This document shows positions 1 to 9,576 of a stretch of 32,000 bases of DNA, piece by piece. The stretch's first letter is position 1, and the number at the start of each line of letters is the position of its first letter. The notes below the pieces were generated by a model. It had not been told where the DNA came from. It saw only the letters and a program-made list of their open reading frames with translations, and made no database searches. The stretch is from Isorropodon fossajaponicum endosymbiont JTNG4 (GTDB taxonomy: Bacteria; Pseudomonadota; Gammaproteobacteria; PS1; Pseudothioglobaceae): positions 300,001-332,000 of the forward strand of contig NZ_AP013043.1 in NCBI RefSeq assembly GCF_016592615.1. The letters run 5' to 3'. The translations under genes and the position numbers were made by a program.

Positions 1-150
1 GTCATATTTTTTTACCATACTCACCCAATCCTCTAGCGCTGTCTTTAAATCTTTAGTATTTTCATATTCCTGTACAAGCGCATCAAGCTTACCATTAGCG
101 ATGGACATTGTATTTATTTGTGGGTAGACTTTAATTTTTTCGACTGACAT
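1..150 (-). CDS. Hypothetical protein, N-terminal part only (runs off the left edge)
   Basis: ATG at 148-150 (minus), 13 nt downstream of the purH stop. Open to the window edge and reads MSVEKIKVYPQINTMSIANGKLDALVQEYENTKDLKTALEDW. No family recognised. Absent from the ORF track because it is truncated. Confidence 0.3.
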   Translation of the reverse strand, partial: MSVEKIKVYPQINTMSIANGKLDALVQEYENTKDLKTALEDWVSMVKKYD

Positions 151-163
151 AGTTGTTTTCCAG

Positions 164-1705
164 TTAATGTTTAAAGTGACGCATGCCTGTAAATACCATT
201 GCAATATCATGCCCGTTTACTGCTTTTATAACTTCGGCGTCACGCATTGAGCCGCCTGGTTGAATAATGGCTTTAATGCCAGCTCGTGCTGCTGCGTCAA
301 TACCATCTCGAAATGGGAAAAAAGCATCGGATGCCATTACGCAACCTTCAACAATGAGAGATTCGTCAGCTGCCTTAATGCCAGCGATTTTGGCAGAGTA
401 GACTCTAGACATTTGACCCGCGCCAACACCAATGGTCATTTGGTTTTTAGTGTAAACAATGGCGTTTGATTTAACCGCTTTGGCGACTTTCCAAGCAAAT
501 AATAAATCTTTAATTTGGTCTTTGGTGGGTGCTAAATTACTGACGCATTTAATATCATCTTCTGTGATAACGCCCAAGTCCTTATCTTGTACTAACAAGC
601 CACCAGTCACACGCTTATAATCTAGCGAAGGGTTTGCTGTGTTTAAATCGCCACACTCTAGCACGCGTATATTTTGTTTGGCTGATAACACTTCTTTAGC
701 GTCATCATCAACATTAGGTGCAATAATAACTTCAACAAACTGACGCTCAATAATACGCTGTGCCGTTTTTTTGTCTAGGTTACGATTAAAGGCAATAATG
801 CCACCAAATGCCGAAGTTGGATCGGTTTTAAAAGCGTCATCATAAGCATCAAAAATGTCAGCACGTACAGCAACACCACATGGATTGGCGTGCTTAACAA
901 TCACGCAACACGGCTCATCAAAACTGCGCGCACATTCAAGCGCAGCATCTGCATCTGCCATATTATTGTATGACATTTCCTTGCCTTGGCATTGCGTTGA
1001 GGATGCTATGCAGACCTCGGTGATATTGTTCTCAACATAGAATGCAGCATTTTGATGTGGATTTTCCCCATAGCGCATTGATTGAACCTTGTTAAATTGT
1101 AGATTGATGGTGTTAGAAAAACCATCTTTTTCTTTGCCTAAATAATTGGCAATAGCACCGTCATAAGCTGCTGTATGTTCAAATGTTTTAAGAGCTAGTT
1201 TGGTTCGAGTTTTAAGTGTAGTATTACCTGATTTACTAATTTCACTCATGACTTTTTGATAATCTGCACTATCTACCACAACTGTCACAGATGCATGATT
1301 TTTGGCACTTGATCTTAGCATTGCTGGACCGCCAATATCAATATTTTCAATCGCATCTTCCAACGTGCAGTCAGCCTTGGCAATCGTTGCTTGAAATGGA
1401 TAAAGGTTAACCACAACCAAATCAATCGGCTTAATGTCGTTTTCTGCCATCACGCCTTCATCAAGCCCACGGCGCGCTAAAATGCCACCATGAATTTTAG
1501 GATTAAGGGTTTTAACGCGACCCGCCATCATCTCAGGAAACCCTGTATAGTCTGACACTTCAATGACTGGAATATGATGCCCATTCAACAGTTTAGCTGT
1601 GCCAGCTGTGGAAATAATCTCGATATTTTTATTTGTTAAAAATTGGGCAAAATCAATCAATCCAGTTTTATCAGAAACACTGATTAAGGCGCGTTGTATA
1701 GACAT
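164..1705 (-). CDS. purH: Bifunctional AICAR transformylase / IMP cyclohydrolase
   Basis: 513 aa. N-terminal MGS-like domain ([12 protein letters not shown]...) followed by an AICARFT domain. Length and motifs are typical of PurH. ATG start, TAA stop. Confidence 0.96.
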   Translation of the reverse strand: MSIQRALISVSDKTGLIDFAQFLTNKNIEIISTAGTAKLLNGHHIPVIEVSDYTGFPEMMAGRVKTLNPKIHGGILARRGLDEGVMAENDIKPIDLVVVNLYPFQATIAKADCTLEDAIENIDIGGPAMLRSSAKNHASVTVVVDSADYQKVMSEISKSGNTTLKTRTKLALKTFEHTAAYDGAIANYLGKEKDGFSNTINLQFNKVQSMRYGENPHQNAAFYVENNITEVCIASSTQCQGKEMSYNNMADADAALECARSFDEPCCVIVKHANPCGVAVRADIFDAYDDAFKTDPTSAFGGIIAFNRNLDKKTAQRIIERQFVEVIIAPNVDDDAKEVLSAKQNIRVLECGDLNTANPSLDYKRVTGGLLVQDKDLGVITEDDIKCVSNLAPTKDQIKDLLFAWKVAKAVKSNAIVYTKNQMTIGVGAGQMSRVYSAKIAGIKAADESLIVEGCVMASDAFFPFRDGIDAAARAGIKAIIQPGGSMRDAEVIKAVNGHDIAMVFTGMRHFKH

Positions 1706-1753
1706 TTTATTCCTTTAAAATTTGATAGGCAATTAGGGAATAATTATAAGGTG

Positions 1754-1984
1754 TTAGAGTTTGTATCGTTGAATTTTTTTCTTTAATGTACCACGATTAA
1801 TACTTAGAATTCTTGAAGCCTCGCTTTGATTATTATTGACAAAGTCAAGCACAAATTTAATCACAACAGATTCTACATCATTGATGACCATTTTATGCAC
1901 GCCACTTGCTTGCTCGCCATCCAATTGTTTAAAGTAACGTTTAAGTTTTGCATTAATGCAGGCTGGTAAATCAGTTGAGCTCAT
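1754..1984 (-). CDS. fis: Fis-family DNA-binding nucleoid protein (short form)
   Basis: 76 aa with a C-terminal HTH (SRILSINRGTLKKKIQRYKL) like Fis. Sits immediately downstream of dusB, as in the conserved dusB-fis operon. Its ATG overlaps the dusB TGA (ATGA at 1981-1984). Confidence 0.85.
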   Translation of the reverse strand: MSSTDLPACINAKLKRYFKQLDGEQASGVHKMVINDVESVVIKFVLDFVNNNQSEASRILSINRGTLKKKIQRYKL

Positions 1985-2958
1985 AATTGTTGCAGGTAAT
2001 TTTCAAGTAGGTTGAATTGTTGTTTTTGGTTATTAATTCGGTTAACGTTTTGCCAAAATTGCTGGGCATGTTTTCTATCAAGGTGTGTAGCATACCAAAA
2101 AATGTGCTTTCTAGCGAGCCATAAACCTAAAAAATCGCCATAAAATTGATAAATTTGTTGAACATGGCTAAGAATGGCTTGCTTTTTAAGTTCAAGTGGG
2201 ATAGTTTGGGCGTGTTGTCCAGTTTTGAGAAAATGGTCAATTTCATGAATAATCCAAGGGTTTCCCTGCGTTGCTCTGCCAACCATAACCCCACTTGTAC
2301 CTGTATATTATAGGACTTGACTGACTTTGTCCGCATTGGTAATATTGTCATTGGCAACCACGGGAATATTAACTTAATGCACCACATCCTTAATGGTGTG
2401 ATATTCTTCCTCGCCTTTGTGGATCTAACCGTGTATGTTCAGCATTTGAATACCAGCTTTTTGTGCAATTTGAGCGATGGTTGGGGCGTTTTTATGGCTA
2501 ACATCCCAGCCAGTTCGCATTTTTAAGGTCACTGGAATATCAACCGCCTTGACAACAGATTCTAAAATATCTTGAACCAGCTGTTCATCTTGCACTAGTG
2601 CAGAGCCTGCTGCCTTGTTACAGACTTTTTTGGCAGGGCAGCCTATATTGATATCAATAATGTGCGCACCAAATTTAACTGCTTTTTGGGCAGATTTTGC
2701 TAATTCTAAAGCACTAGAGCCAGCTATTTGAATGCTAATTGGTGCTGTTTCCCTTTTAAAGTCTAGGCGGTATTTGGATTTATTAGTACTCAGTAAATGG
2801 TTTTGCAATACTACCATTTCTGAGGTTGTTAATGCCGCACCTTGGGATTTGTACAACAGTCTAAATGGCTTGTTACTAGTGCCAGCCATGGGTGTGCCCC
2901 GAGTAATACTTGCGAGCTAAGCTTGTACGGGCCAATTTGGATTGACACAGACTAGCCC
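1981..2958 (-). pseudogene. dusB: tRNA-dihydrouridine synthase B, inactivated by four in-frame stops with no frameshift
   Basis: ORF-track fragments 2425..2889 and 1981..2286 share one frame. Read together they give the DusB pattern: PMAGTSNKPFR...IDINIGCPAKKV...MVGRATQGNPWI. In-frame stops are TAG 2917-2919, TAG 2425-2427, TAA 2374-2376 and TAA 2308-2310. There is no ATG/GTG/TTG between the upstream in-frame stop (2959-2961) and the conserved N-terminus. The segment after HG looks about 4 residues shorter than E. coli DusB, judged by eye. Confidence 0.85.
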
Positions 2959-3506
2959 TTAATCATCTTTTTTGTTTTTTCTAGTAGGCGTTTTTGTTTG
3001 AGTTTGGACAAATAATCAATAAACAAAATACCCTTTAAATGATCTAGTTCATGCTGAATGCAAATGGCAAGTAGCCCTGTTGCTTGCAAGGTAAATACTT
3101 CGCCTTTTTCGTTGAGCGCTTCAACTTTAATATGATTAGAGCGTTGCACTCCTGCTTGAAAATCGAGTACGGATAAGCAGCCTTCGATGTGTTTTTCTTG
3201 CCCGTCTTTTTCTTTAATTTTTGGGTTAATAAAACACAAGGGGTGATGTTTTTGTGGCTGCTTGTGTGAGTCCTTTTGGCAATTTTTTAATAAAAATTGA
3301 TAGTCATCTTGCGAGTCTGGCACATCAATCACCACCACTTGTAAATGTTGGTCAACTTGAGTGGCAGCTAAGCCGATACCATCTTTGGCGTACATGGTTT
3401 CAAACATGTCTTTAATTAAAGTTTGTATAGTTTTATCAACCACGTCCACGTGTTTGGCTTTGGTTCTTAGGCGTTTATCAGGGTAGTTTAAGATGGGTAG
3501 AATCAT
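2952..3506 (-). CDS. def: Peptide deformylase
   Basis: 184 aa with the three Def motifs: GIGLAATQV, EGCLS and HELDH. ATGA overlap with the nadB stop. Carries an extra loop of roughly 15-20 aa between motifs 1 and 2. Confidence 0.95.
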   Translation of the reverse strand: MILPILNYPDKRLRTKAKHVDVVDKTIQTLIKDMFETMYAKDGIGLAATQVDQHLQVVVIDVPDSQDDYQFLLKNCQKDSHKQPQKHHPLCFINPKIKEKDGQEKHIEGCLSVLDFQAGVQRSNHIKVEALNEKGEVFTLQATGLLAICIQHELDHLKGILFIDYLSKLKQKRLLEKTKKMIKG

Positions 3507-5062
3507 GATTTTTTAATGATGGTGTTAGTTGCTTGGCTTGCTTGTTGTGGATAGTCCTCATTGTAATGCAATCCTCTGCTTTCTGTTCTGGAAATTGCAG
3601 ATTGAACAATTAATTGTGCGGTTTGAACAAGGTTTCTTAACTCAATTAAATCACTAGAAATTAAATAAAGTTTGTAATAATCGTTCACCTCTGTTTGAAT
3701 TTGGTCTAGGCGGTGCTGTGCATATTTTAAGCGTTTGTTAGAGCGCACAATACCAACAAAATTCCACATAATACGGCGAATTTCATCCCATAAGTGTGAT
3801 ACCACTACTTTTTCTTTTGAAGGTGCCGCTCTGGAGGCATCCCACGGGCTAAATTTTTTATACGTTAATGTTATTGACTGTTGGTTGATATGGTTGGCAC
3901 AAGATTTGGCGAATACCATGCATTCTAACAAAGAATTACTCGCCATACGATTAGCGCCATGCACACCTGTGTATGCCACCTCGCCAACAGCATATAGATT
4001 GCTCACATTGGTTTGACCATCAAGATTGGTTTGCACACCCCCACAAGTGTAATGAGCCGCAGGTACAACAGGAATGGCATCTATAGCGATATCAATACCA
4101 AGTGATTGGCACTTTTTATAAATGGTTGGGAAGTGTTGTTTGATCCAGTTTTTGTCTTTAAATGAAATGTCTAAATAAACACAATCAAGGCCATGGGTTT
4201 TTATTTGTGCATCAATTGCACGAGCAACAATATCACGTGGCGCAAGCTCTTCTCGACTATCAAATTCATGCATAAAGGCTTGACCATTCGGCAAAACTAA
4301 CTTACCACCTTCGCCACGAAGTGCTTCGGTGATTAAAAAAGATTTTGCGTGTGGGTGGTAAAGGCAGGTAGGGTGGAATTGGGTAAATTCCATATTAGTA
4401 ATCACGCATTTTGCTCGATACGCCATGGCAATGCCATCACCCGTTGATGTGTCTGGATTAGAGGTATAAAGATAAACCTTTGATGCACCACCTGTGGCAA
4501 TAATGGTTTTATGGGAGATAAAACTTTCAACTTGGTGGGTGTTTTTATTAAGAATATAGGCGCCATAGCAATCGTGGGATTTGATTAGTAAATCAACAGC
4601 AATATAGTTTTCAAAAAGTGTTATGTTGCTTTTTTCTTTAACGCTTTTGAGTAAATTGATTTGGATTGATCGCCCTGTTTTATCAGCAACATGTACCACT
4701 CTTCTATGGCTATGACCACCTTCAGTCGTTAGATGATACGCTTCTTTATTTTTGGTAAACTTAACACCTGAACGCTCTAATGAGGCAATGACTTTGGGCG
4801 CATTTTCAACCATAAAACGGATGGCAGTTTTATCACCCAGACCTTTTGCAGTCGACAAGGTGTCTTGCGCGTGAGTGCTAAAGTTATCATTGATATCTAG
4901 TACAGCAGATATACCACCTTGTGCATAGTATGAGCTGCCTTCTAATAGTTTATCTTTGGCAATCAATGCAATGTTCAAATCATCTGATAACTGTAGTGCA
5001 CTCATTAATCCTGCACTACCTGTGCCGATGATTAGAACGTCAAAATGATGTTGTTTTGGCAT
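3503..5062 (-). CDS. nadB: L-aspartate oxidase
   Basis: 519 aa. FAD fold FDVLIIGTGSAGL, YAQGGI and RGEGG motifs. Length and C-terminal helical domain fit NadB rather than SdhA/FrdA. Confidence 0.9.
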   Translation of the reverse strand: MPKQHHFDVLIIGTGSAGLMSALQLSDDLNIALIAKDKLLEGSSYYAQGGISAVLDINDNFSTHAQDTLSTAKGLGDKTAIRFMVENAPKVIASLERSGVKFTKNKEAYHLTTEGGHSHRRVVHVADKTGRSIQINLLKSVKEKSNITLFENYIAVDLLIKSHDCYGAYILNKNTHQVESFISHKTIIATGGASKVYLYTSNPDTSTGDGIAMAYRAKCVITNMEFTQFHPTCLYHPHAKSFLITEALRGEGGKLVLPNGQAFMHEFDSREELAPRDIVARAIDAQIKTHGLDCVYLDISFKDKNWIKQHFPTIYKKCQSLGIDIAIDAIPVVPAAHYTCGGVQTNLDGQTNVSNLYAVGEVAYTGVHGANRMASNSLLECMVFAKSCANHINQQSITLTYKKFSPWDASRAAPSKEKVVVSHLWDEIRRIMWNFVGIVRSNKRLKYAQHRLDQIQTEVNDYYKLYLISSDLIELRNLVQTAQLIVQSAISRTESRGLHYNEDYPQQASQATNTIIKKS

Positions 5063-5118
5063 GGGTATTAACGATAAATGAACACTACTGGCATAATCTT
5101 TTTTAATTCGTTAGCGCC

Positions 5119-7500
5119 TTATGGGTTGATTTTTGGCTTTACCATGAGTATTAACTTAGGCAATAAAGTTAAATTAGCAAGTAGCGCACTGAGCATTGCA
5201 ATGGCAGTAAATACGCCAAAGTAAATACTGGGTATAAAGTTAGACAGGGCTAAAATTAAAAAGCCCATTGTTACCGTAATTGACGTATAAAACATTGCCA
5301 AACCAATACTGGCATGAGAGCGATACATTGTTGCCATATAATCCTTATCTTTTTTAAATTCATCCTTAAAACGGTGAATGTAGTGAATGGCATTGTCAAC
5401 GCCAATGCCGATGGCAATCGCTGAAATGGTGATGGTCATTAAATCCAGTGGAATATTCAACAGCCCCATAATGCCAAGAATAAAAAGTGACGGTAAGGTG
5501 TTTGGAATTAGCGCAAGAATGGACAAACTAATCGATTTGAAAATAAACAAAAACATAATAAAAATCATTACAAATACCACGGCAATGGTCTTGATTTGCG
5601 ACTCAAATAAACTTTGTAGCATGTTGTTATACAAAACTAACATGCCACTTAAATGAAAACTGTCCGGCTTAAACCCAAGGTTAGTAGAAATATGGCGTTG
5701 AATTTTATCAATCAACTCGCCGCGTTTTAATTCTTTATTAGTTTCTCGAATACGGATAACCATCCTGAGTTGTCCACTGTCCTCAGATAAATAAGGGTAC
5801 AACACTTGCGTTTTAGCACTTTCAGGTAGTTGAGAACGGACAATGTTTAAGAAAAATCCATTAAGTGCCTCACCACCATTGGCTTGGGTTAAAAGTTGCA
5901 TTAGAATGTCAATTGACAAAACCTTGCCAGTTTCTTTCAAAGAATCAAGATATTGATGAATATCATGTATCTCATCGCGTAAATCTTCATCAAACCAATA
6001 GTCTTCTGCTAAATCATCAAAAATAATTTCCAGCGGAATGGTACCCCCTAGTTTTTTATCAATTAAGGTTAGACCTTGGTTGATTTCTGTGTCTTTTTTA
6101 AAGTAATCAATAAAACGATTTTCAACGCTAAGTTTACTAACCCCAAACCCAGCACCTATTACAAATATTATCAATACCACTAATAAATGATTGCCAAATT
6201 TTTCTACAAACTTAGCCAATGAGGTGGTGACACTTAGTTCAGTTTTGTGTTTTGCAATTTTTGCTTTTGGTAATAAACTCATGATCATTGGAAAAGCAAG
6301 AAATGATAATATTAAGGCAATGGTGACACCAATTGACATCATCCAGCCAAAATCAATCACGGGTCTGATACCACTAATAAGTAAAGAACCAAAAGCCACA
6401 AACGTGGTTAGAGTTGTAAAAAGACAAGGCTTAAACATTTGTGACAAAGTGTCTTTAATGAGTTGGTTTGAGTCAAACTCTGGATTGAGTTGGGCGATTT
6501 CTCTATATCTAACCACGAGATGTATAACCACAGAAAGTGTCATCACCAGCAATAATGAGAAAAAGTTAGATGAGATAACAGTCACTTTCCAACCTAAATA
6601 AGCCAAAACACCTGTCATGATAAGCGCGCTAACAATACTAATGCCAATTGGCATAATGACCCAGCGAATGCTTTTGAAAATAATCAACAAGATTAAACTC
6701 ATTAGCCCAATAACTGCCAAGCTAAATATAATCAAATCGTTACTAATATAAGCCACAATATCAGTGGTAATCATAGGTAGACCGCCTAAAAATAGATGAG
6801 CCTTGTCTGAATATTGGCCAATAGTGGTTCGAATTTGGCCAATTGTTTGCGCTTGTAATTCACTCTGGGCAGTGGCATTTTTTAAAACTTGCTTTTCGAT
6901 AATTTTAAGTTTTAATTGCTGGTCATCTGACAATGTATTATTAGCCCTTTGAATACGCATTTTGTCACGACTTTCACGTAATTCTTTGAACTTCTGATTG
7001 TCTTTTAGTGCCACTAAAACAGCAGTTGTCTTGCCATCTTTGCTGACTAAATTATTAGCATATAAAGGTGAATTTTTAAATTCATCATTGGCTAAAGTTA
7101 AGTTAGCATTGCCATTATCAATGCTAATGTTTTCACCAGCTAAATCCGCTAAAAATAAGGGTGGTGATCTAAAGAGTGGCACGTCTAGAATAGTCGTTAC
7201 CGACTTGACTTGGTCAATTTTGGTTAAATCTTGTCTAAATTTTCTAAGGTGGTTGAGTTGTTCAGGTGCCAGTAAATTGCCTTCAACCTGGTAAGAAATA
7301 ACCAAATAATCATCAGACCCATAATTTTTTTTAATACTTTGGTAGTAGCGTAGGTCTTCATCACCTTCTAGTACCAAAGAATCTGAAGAGGCATCCAGTT
7401 GAAAATCAGGAATTTGAGCAATAAAAAATACAGCGACCAGTGACAAAAGTACAAGCCCTAATAAGGCTTTTTTCAGAACAAAGTTAAAAAACACATTCAT
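5119..7500 (-). CDS. RND-superfamily (MMPL/SSD, COG1033-like) exporter
   Basis: 793 aa with two repeats, each a large periplasmic loop plus a 5-6 TM bundle. This is the typical predicted-RND-exporter topology. Substrate unknown. Confidence 0.8.
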   Translation of the reverse strand: MNVFFNFVLKKALLGLVLLSLVAVFFIAQIPDFQLDASSDSLVLEGDEDLRYYQSIKKNYGSDDYLVISYQVEGNLLAPEQLNHLRKFRQDLTKIDQVKSVTTILDVPLFRSPPLFLADLAGENISIDNGNANLTLANDEFKNSPLYANNLVSKDGKTTAVLVALKDNQKFKELRESRDKMRIQRANNTLSDDQQLKLKIIEKQVLKNATAQSELQAQTIGQIRTTIGQYSDKAHLFLGGLPMITTDIVAYISNDLIIFSLAVIGLMSLILLIIFKSIRWVIMPIGISIVSALIMTGVLAYLGWKVTVISSNFFSLLLVMTLSVVIHLVVRYREIAQLNPEFDSNQLIKDTLSQMFKPCLFTTLTTFVAFGSLLISGIRPVIDFGWMMSIGVTIALILSFLAFPMIMSLLPKAKIAKHKTELSVTTSLAKFVEKFGNHLLVVLIIFVIGAGFGVSKLSVENRFIDYFKKDTEINQGLTLIDKKLGGTIPLEIIFDDLAEDYWFDEDLRDEIHDIHQYLDSLKETGKVLSIDILMQLLTQANGGEALNGFFLNIVRSQLPESAKTQVLYPYLSEDSGQLRMVIRIRETNKELKRGELIDKIQRHISTNLGFKPDSFHLSGMLVLYNNMLQSLFESQIKTIAVVFVMIFIMFLFIFKSISLSILALIPNTLPSLFILGIMGLLNIPLDLMTITISAIAIGIGVDNAIHYIHRFKDEFKKDKDYMATMYRSHASIGLAMFYTSITVTMGFLILALSNFIPSIYFGVFTAIAMLSALLANLTLLPKLILMVKPKINP

Positions 7501-7503
7501 GGT

Positions 7504-8157
7504 TTAAAACTCAAAACTGGCTGATGACTCTAACCCTTGCATGGGGTCTAATTGTGTTTCAAATAAGGATTTTGTATCCCATTTATGCTCACTAATACGA
7601 GTAATCAATTTTGCACTCATGATATTACCAGTACCTTCAATCACAAAGATTCTACCGCCTACATTTAATAAGTGAAAGTAACGACCTGTAATTTTAGGCA
7701 CCGAACTACCAACAATAACCATATCAAAAAAATCATCAGAATGCCAGCCTTTTGAAGCGTCTCCCACTTTTAAATTAACATTATCAATCCCCAATGCATT
7801 AATTTTTTCTTGGGCGCTATGACTAAGTGTCTCATCAATTTCAATACTGGTTACAGATTTGCATAATTTTGACAGAACAGCCGTTAAATAGCCACTACCC
7901 GTACCCACTTCTAATACAGTTTCATGTTTTTGAATGTTAAGCGCATCTAGTAAGCGCCCTTCAATCTTTGGAAAAAGCATTTTTGCTTTATTGGTCAGTG
8001 GAATTTCAATATCTGCAAAGGTAAGGTTTTTATATTTCTCCGGCACAAAATCTTCTCTTGGCGTATCTTTAAGTGCATTATTAGCAATATAATTTAACCC
8101 ACCCCAAGGACGAATTTGTTGCTCAATGACGTTTTTTCTTGCTTGATTTGTATTCAT
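7504..8157 (-). CDS. Protein-L-isoaspartate O-methyltransferase family protein
   Basis: 217 aa with the SAM motif LEVGTGSGYLTAVL and an overall PCMT-like layout. Its stop lies 3 nt before the start of the RND gene. Confidence 0.8.
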   Translation of the reverse strand: MNTNQARKNVIEQQIRPWGGLNYIANNALKDTPREDFVPEKYKNLTFADIEIPLTNKAKMLFPKIEGRLLDALNIQKHETVLEVGTGSGYLTAVLSKLCKSVTSIEIDETLSHSAQEKINALGIDNVNLKVGDASKGWHSDDFFDMVIVGSSVPKITGRYFHLLNVGGRIFVIEGTGNIMSAKLITRISEHKWDTKSLFETQLDPMQGLESSASFEF

Positions 8158-8166
8158 AATCTCTTC

Positions 8167-9576
8167 CTATTTTTTCTTTTTCGGCGGTAATAAATCTGTA
8201 ATTGTACCCTGTGCCATTTCAGTTGCAAAGGCGGTGGTTTCACTTAAGGTTGGGTGGGCATGGATGGTGAGTGCGATATCATCCATATCGCAACCCATTT
8301 CAATGGCAAGTGTTGCTTCAGCAATCAACTCACCTGCATTAGTACCACAAATACCCATGCCTAAGATTCTACCTGTTTTTGCATCAAACAAGCCTTTAGT
8401 CATGCCTTCAGACCTACCAATACTTAAACTACGGCCTGAAGCTGCCCAAGGGAATACGCCTTTTTCATAAGCAATACCTTCAGCTTTGAGTTCTTTTTCG
8501 GTTTTGCCTGTCCAAGCAACTTCTGGGTCGGTGTAGGCAACGGATGGGATGGTGAGCGCATCAAAGCCTGATTTGTGCCCACAAATGACTTCTGCTGCGA
8601 CTTTGGCCTCGTGTACGGCTTTGTGGGCGAGCATGGGTTGTCCAACAATATCGCCGATGGCGTAGATGTTTTGAACATTGGTTTTCATTTGTTTGTCTGT
8701 GGGGATAAAGCCCCAATCGTTGACTTCAACACCTGCTTTTTCGCAATCGATTAATTTGCCATTAGGAGTGCGACCAATGGCAACTAGCACTTTATCAAAG
8801 GTGTCAAATTCTGGGGCGTTTTTGCCTTCAAAACCAACTTTAATACCTTCGTCTAGCGCGTCCATACTGGTTACTTTAGTGTTTAGAAAAATATTGGCGT
8901 ATTGTTTTTTAATGCGCCTAAATAGTGGATTGACAATGTCTTTGTCAGCACTGGCAATGAGTTGGTCTGATAATTCAACAATTGATATTTCACTACCTAG
9001 TGCGTCATATACCGTTGCCATTTCTAGGCCGATAATACCACCACCAACAACAAGCAAGCGTTTGGGTATGTTAGTTAAATCTAGCGCATCTGTTGAGTCC
9101 ATTACGCGAGCATCATCAAACGGAAAGGCAGGAATTTTGGTAACGCGTGAACCTACGGCGATAATACATTGTTCAAATTCAATGATATCGTCACTATGTT
9201 CGATTGCAAGTTGATTGGCTGAGATGAACTTACCATAGCCTGTTATAACATCAACCTTTCTTGCCTTTACCAAGGCTTTGATGCCGCCTGTTAATTTAGC
9301 GACAATATTGGTTTTATTTGTGCGCACGTCATCAATGTTAATGTCTGGCTCATTGAACGTAACACCTAAATGTGAGACTTCTTTTGCTTGCATGATGATT
9401 TGGGCAGTATGAAGGAGTGCTTTAGAAGGGATACAGCCAACATTTAGGCACACACCACCTAAAACATCATAACGTTCAATTAGCGTCACTTGTTTGCCTA
9501 AATCAGCCGCTCGAAATGCGGCCGTATAACCACCAGGACCAGAACCAATAACAATAACTTGAGTTTTTATAATCAT
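8167..9576 (-). CDS. lpdA: Dihydrolipoyl dehydrogenase (E3)
   Basis: 469 aa. GSGPGGY FAD motif, redox disulfide GGVCLNVGCIPSK, and a C-terminal HAHPTLSE dimerisation motif. Confidence 0.95.
   Translation of the reverse strand: MIIKTQVIVIGSGPGGYTAAFRAADLGKQVTLIERYDVLGGVCLNVGCIPSKALLHTAQIIMQAKEVSHLGVTFNEPDINIDDVRTNKTNIVAKLTGGIKALVKARKVDVITGYGKFISANQLAIEHSDDIIEFEQCIIAVGSRVTKIPAFPFDDARVMDSTDALDLTNIPKRLLVVGGGIIGLEMATVYDALGSEISIVELSDQLIASADKDIVNPLFRRIKKQYANIFLNTKVTSMDALDEGIKVGFEGKNAPEFDTFDKVLVAIGRTPNGKLIDCEKAGVEVNDWGFIPTDKQMKTNVQNIYAIGDIVGQPMLAHKAVHEAKVAAEVICGHKSGFDALTIPSVAYTDPEVAWTGKTEKELKAEGIAYEKGVFPWAASGRSLSIGRSEGMTKGLFDAKTGRILGMGICGTNAGELIAEATLAIEMGCDMDDIALTIHAHPTLSETTAFATEMAQGTITDLLPPKKKK

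Noticed and set aside
1706-1753. ZTP (pfl) riboswitch upstream of purH
   Set aside because: Only 48 nt separate purH from the fis stop. That is too short for the motif, and no pseudoknot-forming GC-rich segments are visible.
2127-2526. Track ORFs 2127..2387 (-) and 2317..2526 (+) within the dusB region
   Set aside because: They are out-of-frame or antisense reads of the dusB remnant. The DusB-homologous frame is the one linking 2425..2889 to 1981..2286.
8678-9214. 178-aa plus-strand ORF, with similar ones at 6191..6601, 9688..10059, 10486..10857, 10885..11175, 29868..30344, 23817..24146, 3735..4016, 5387..5656 and 6998..7294
   Set aside because: All lie antisense inside well-supported genes (lpdA, the RND gene, aceF, deaD, nth, nadB). 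Their composition is low-complexity and Ser/Leu/Pro-rich, typical of shadow frames.
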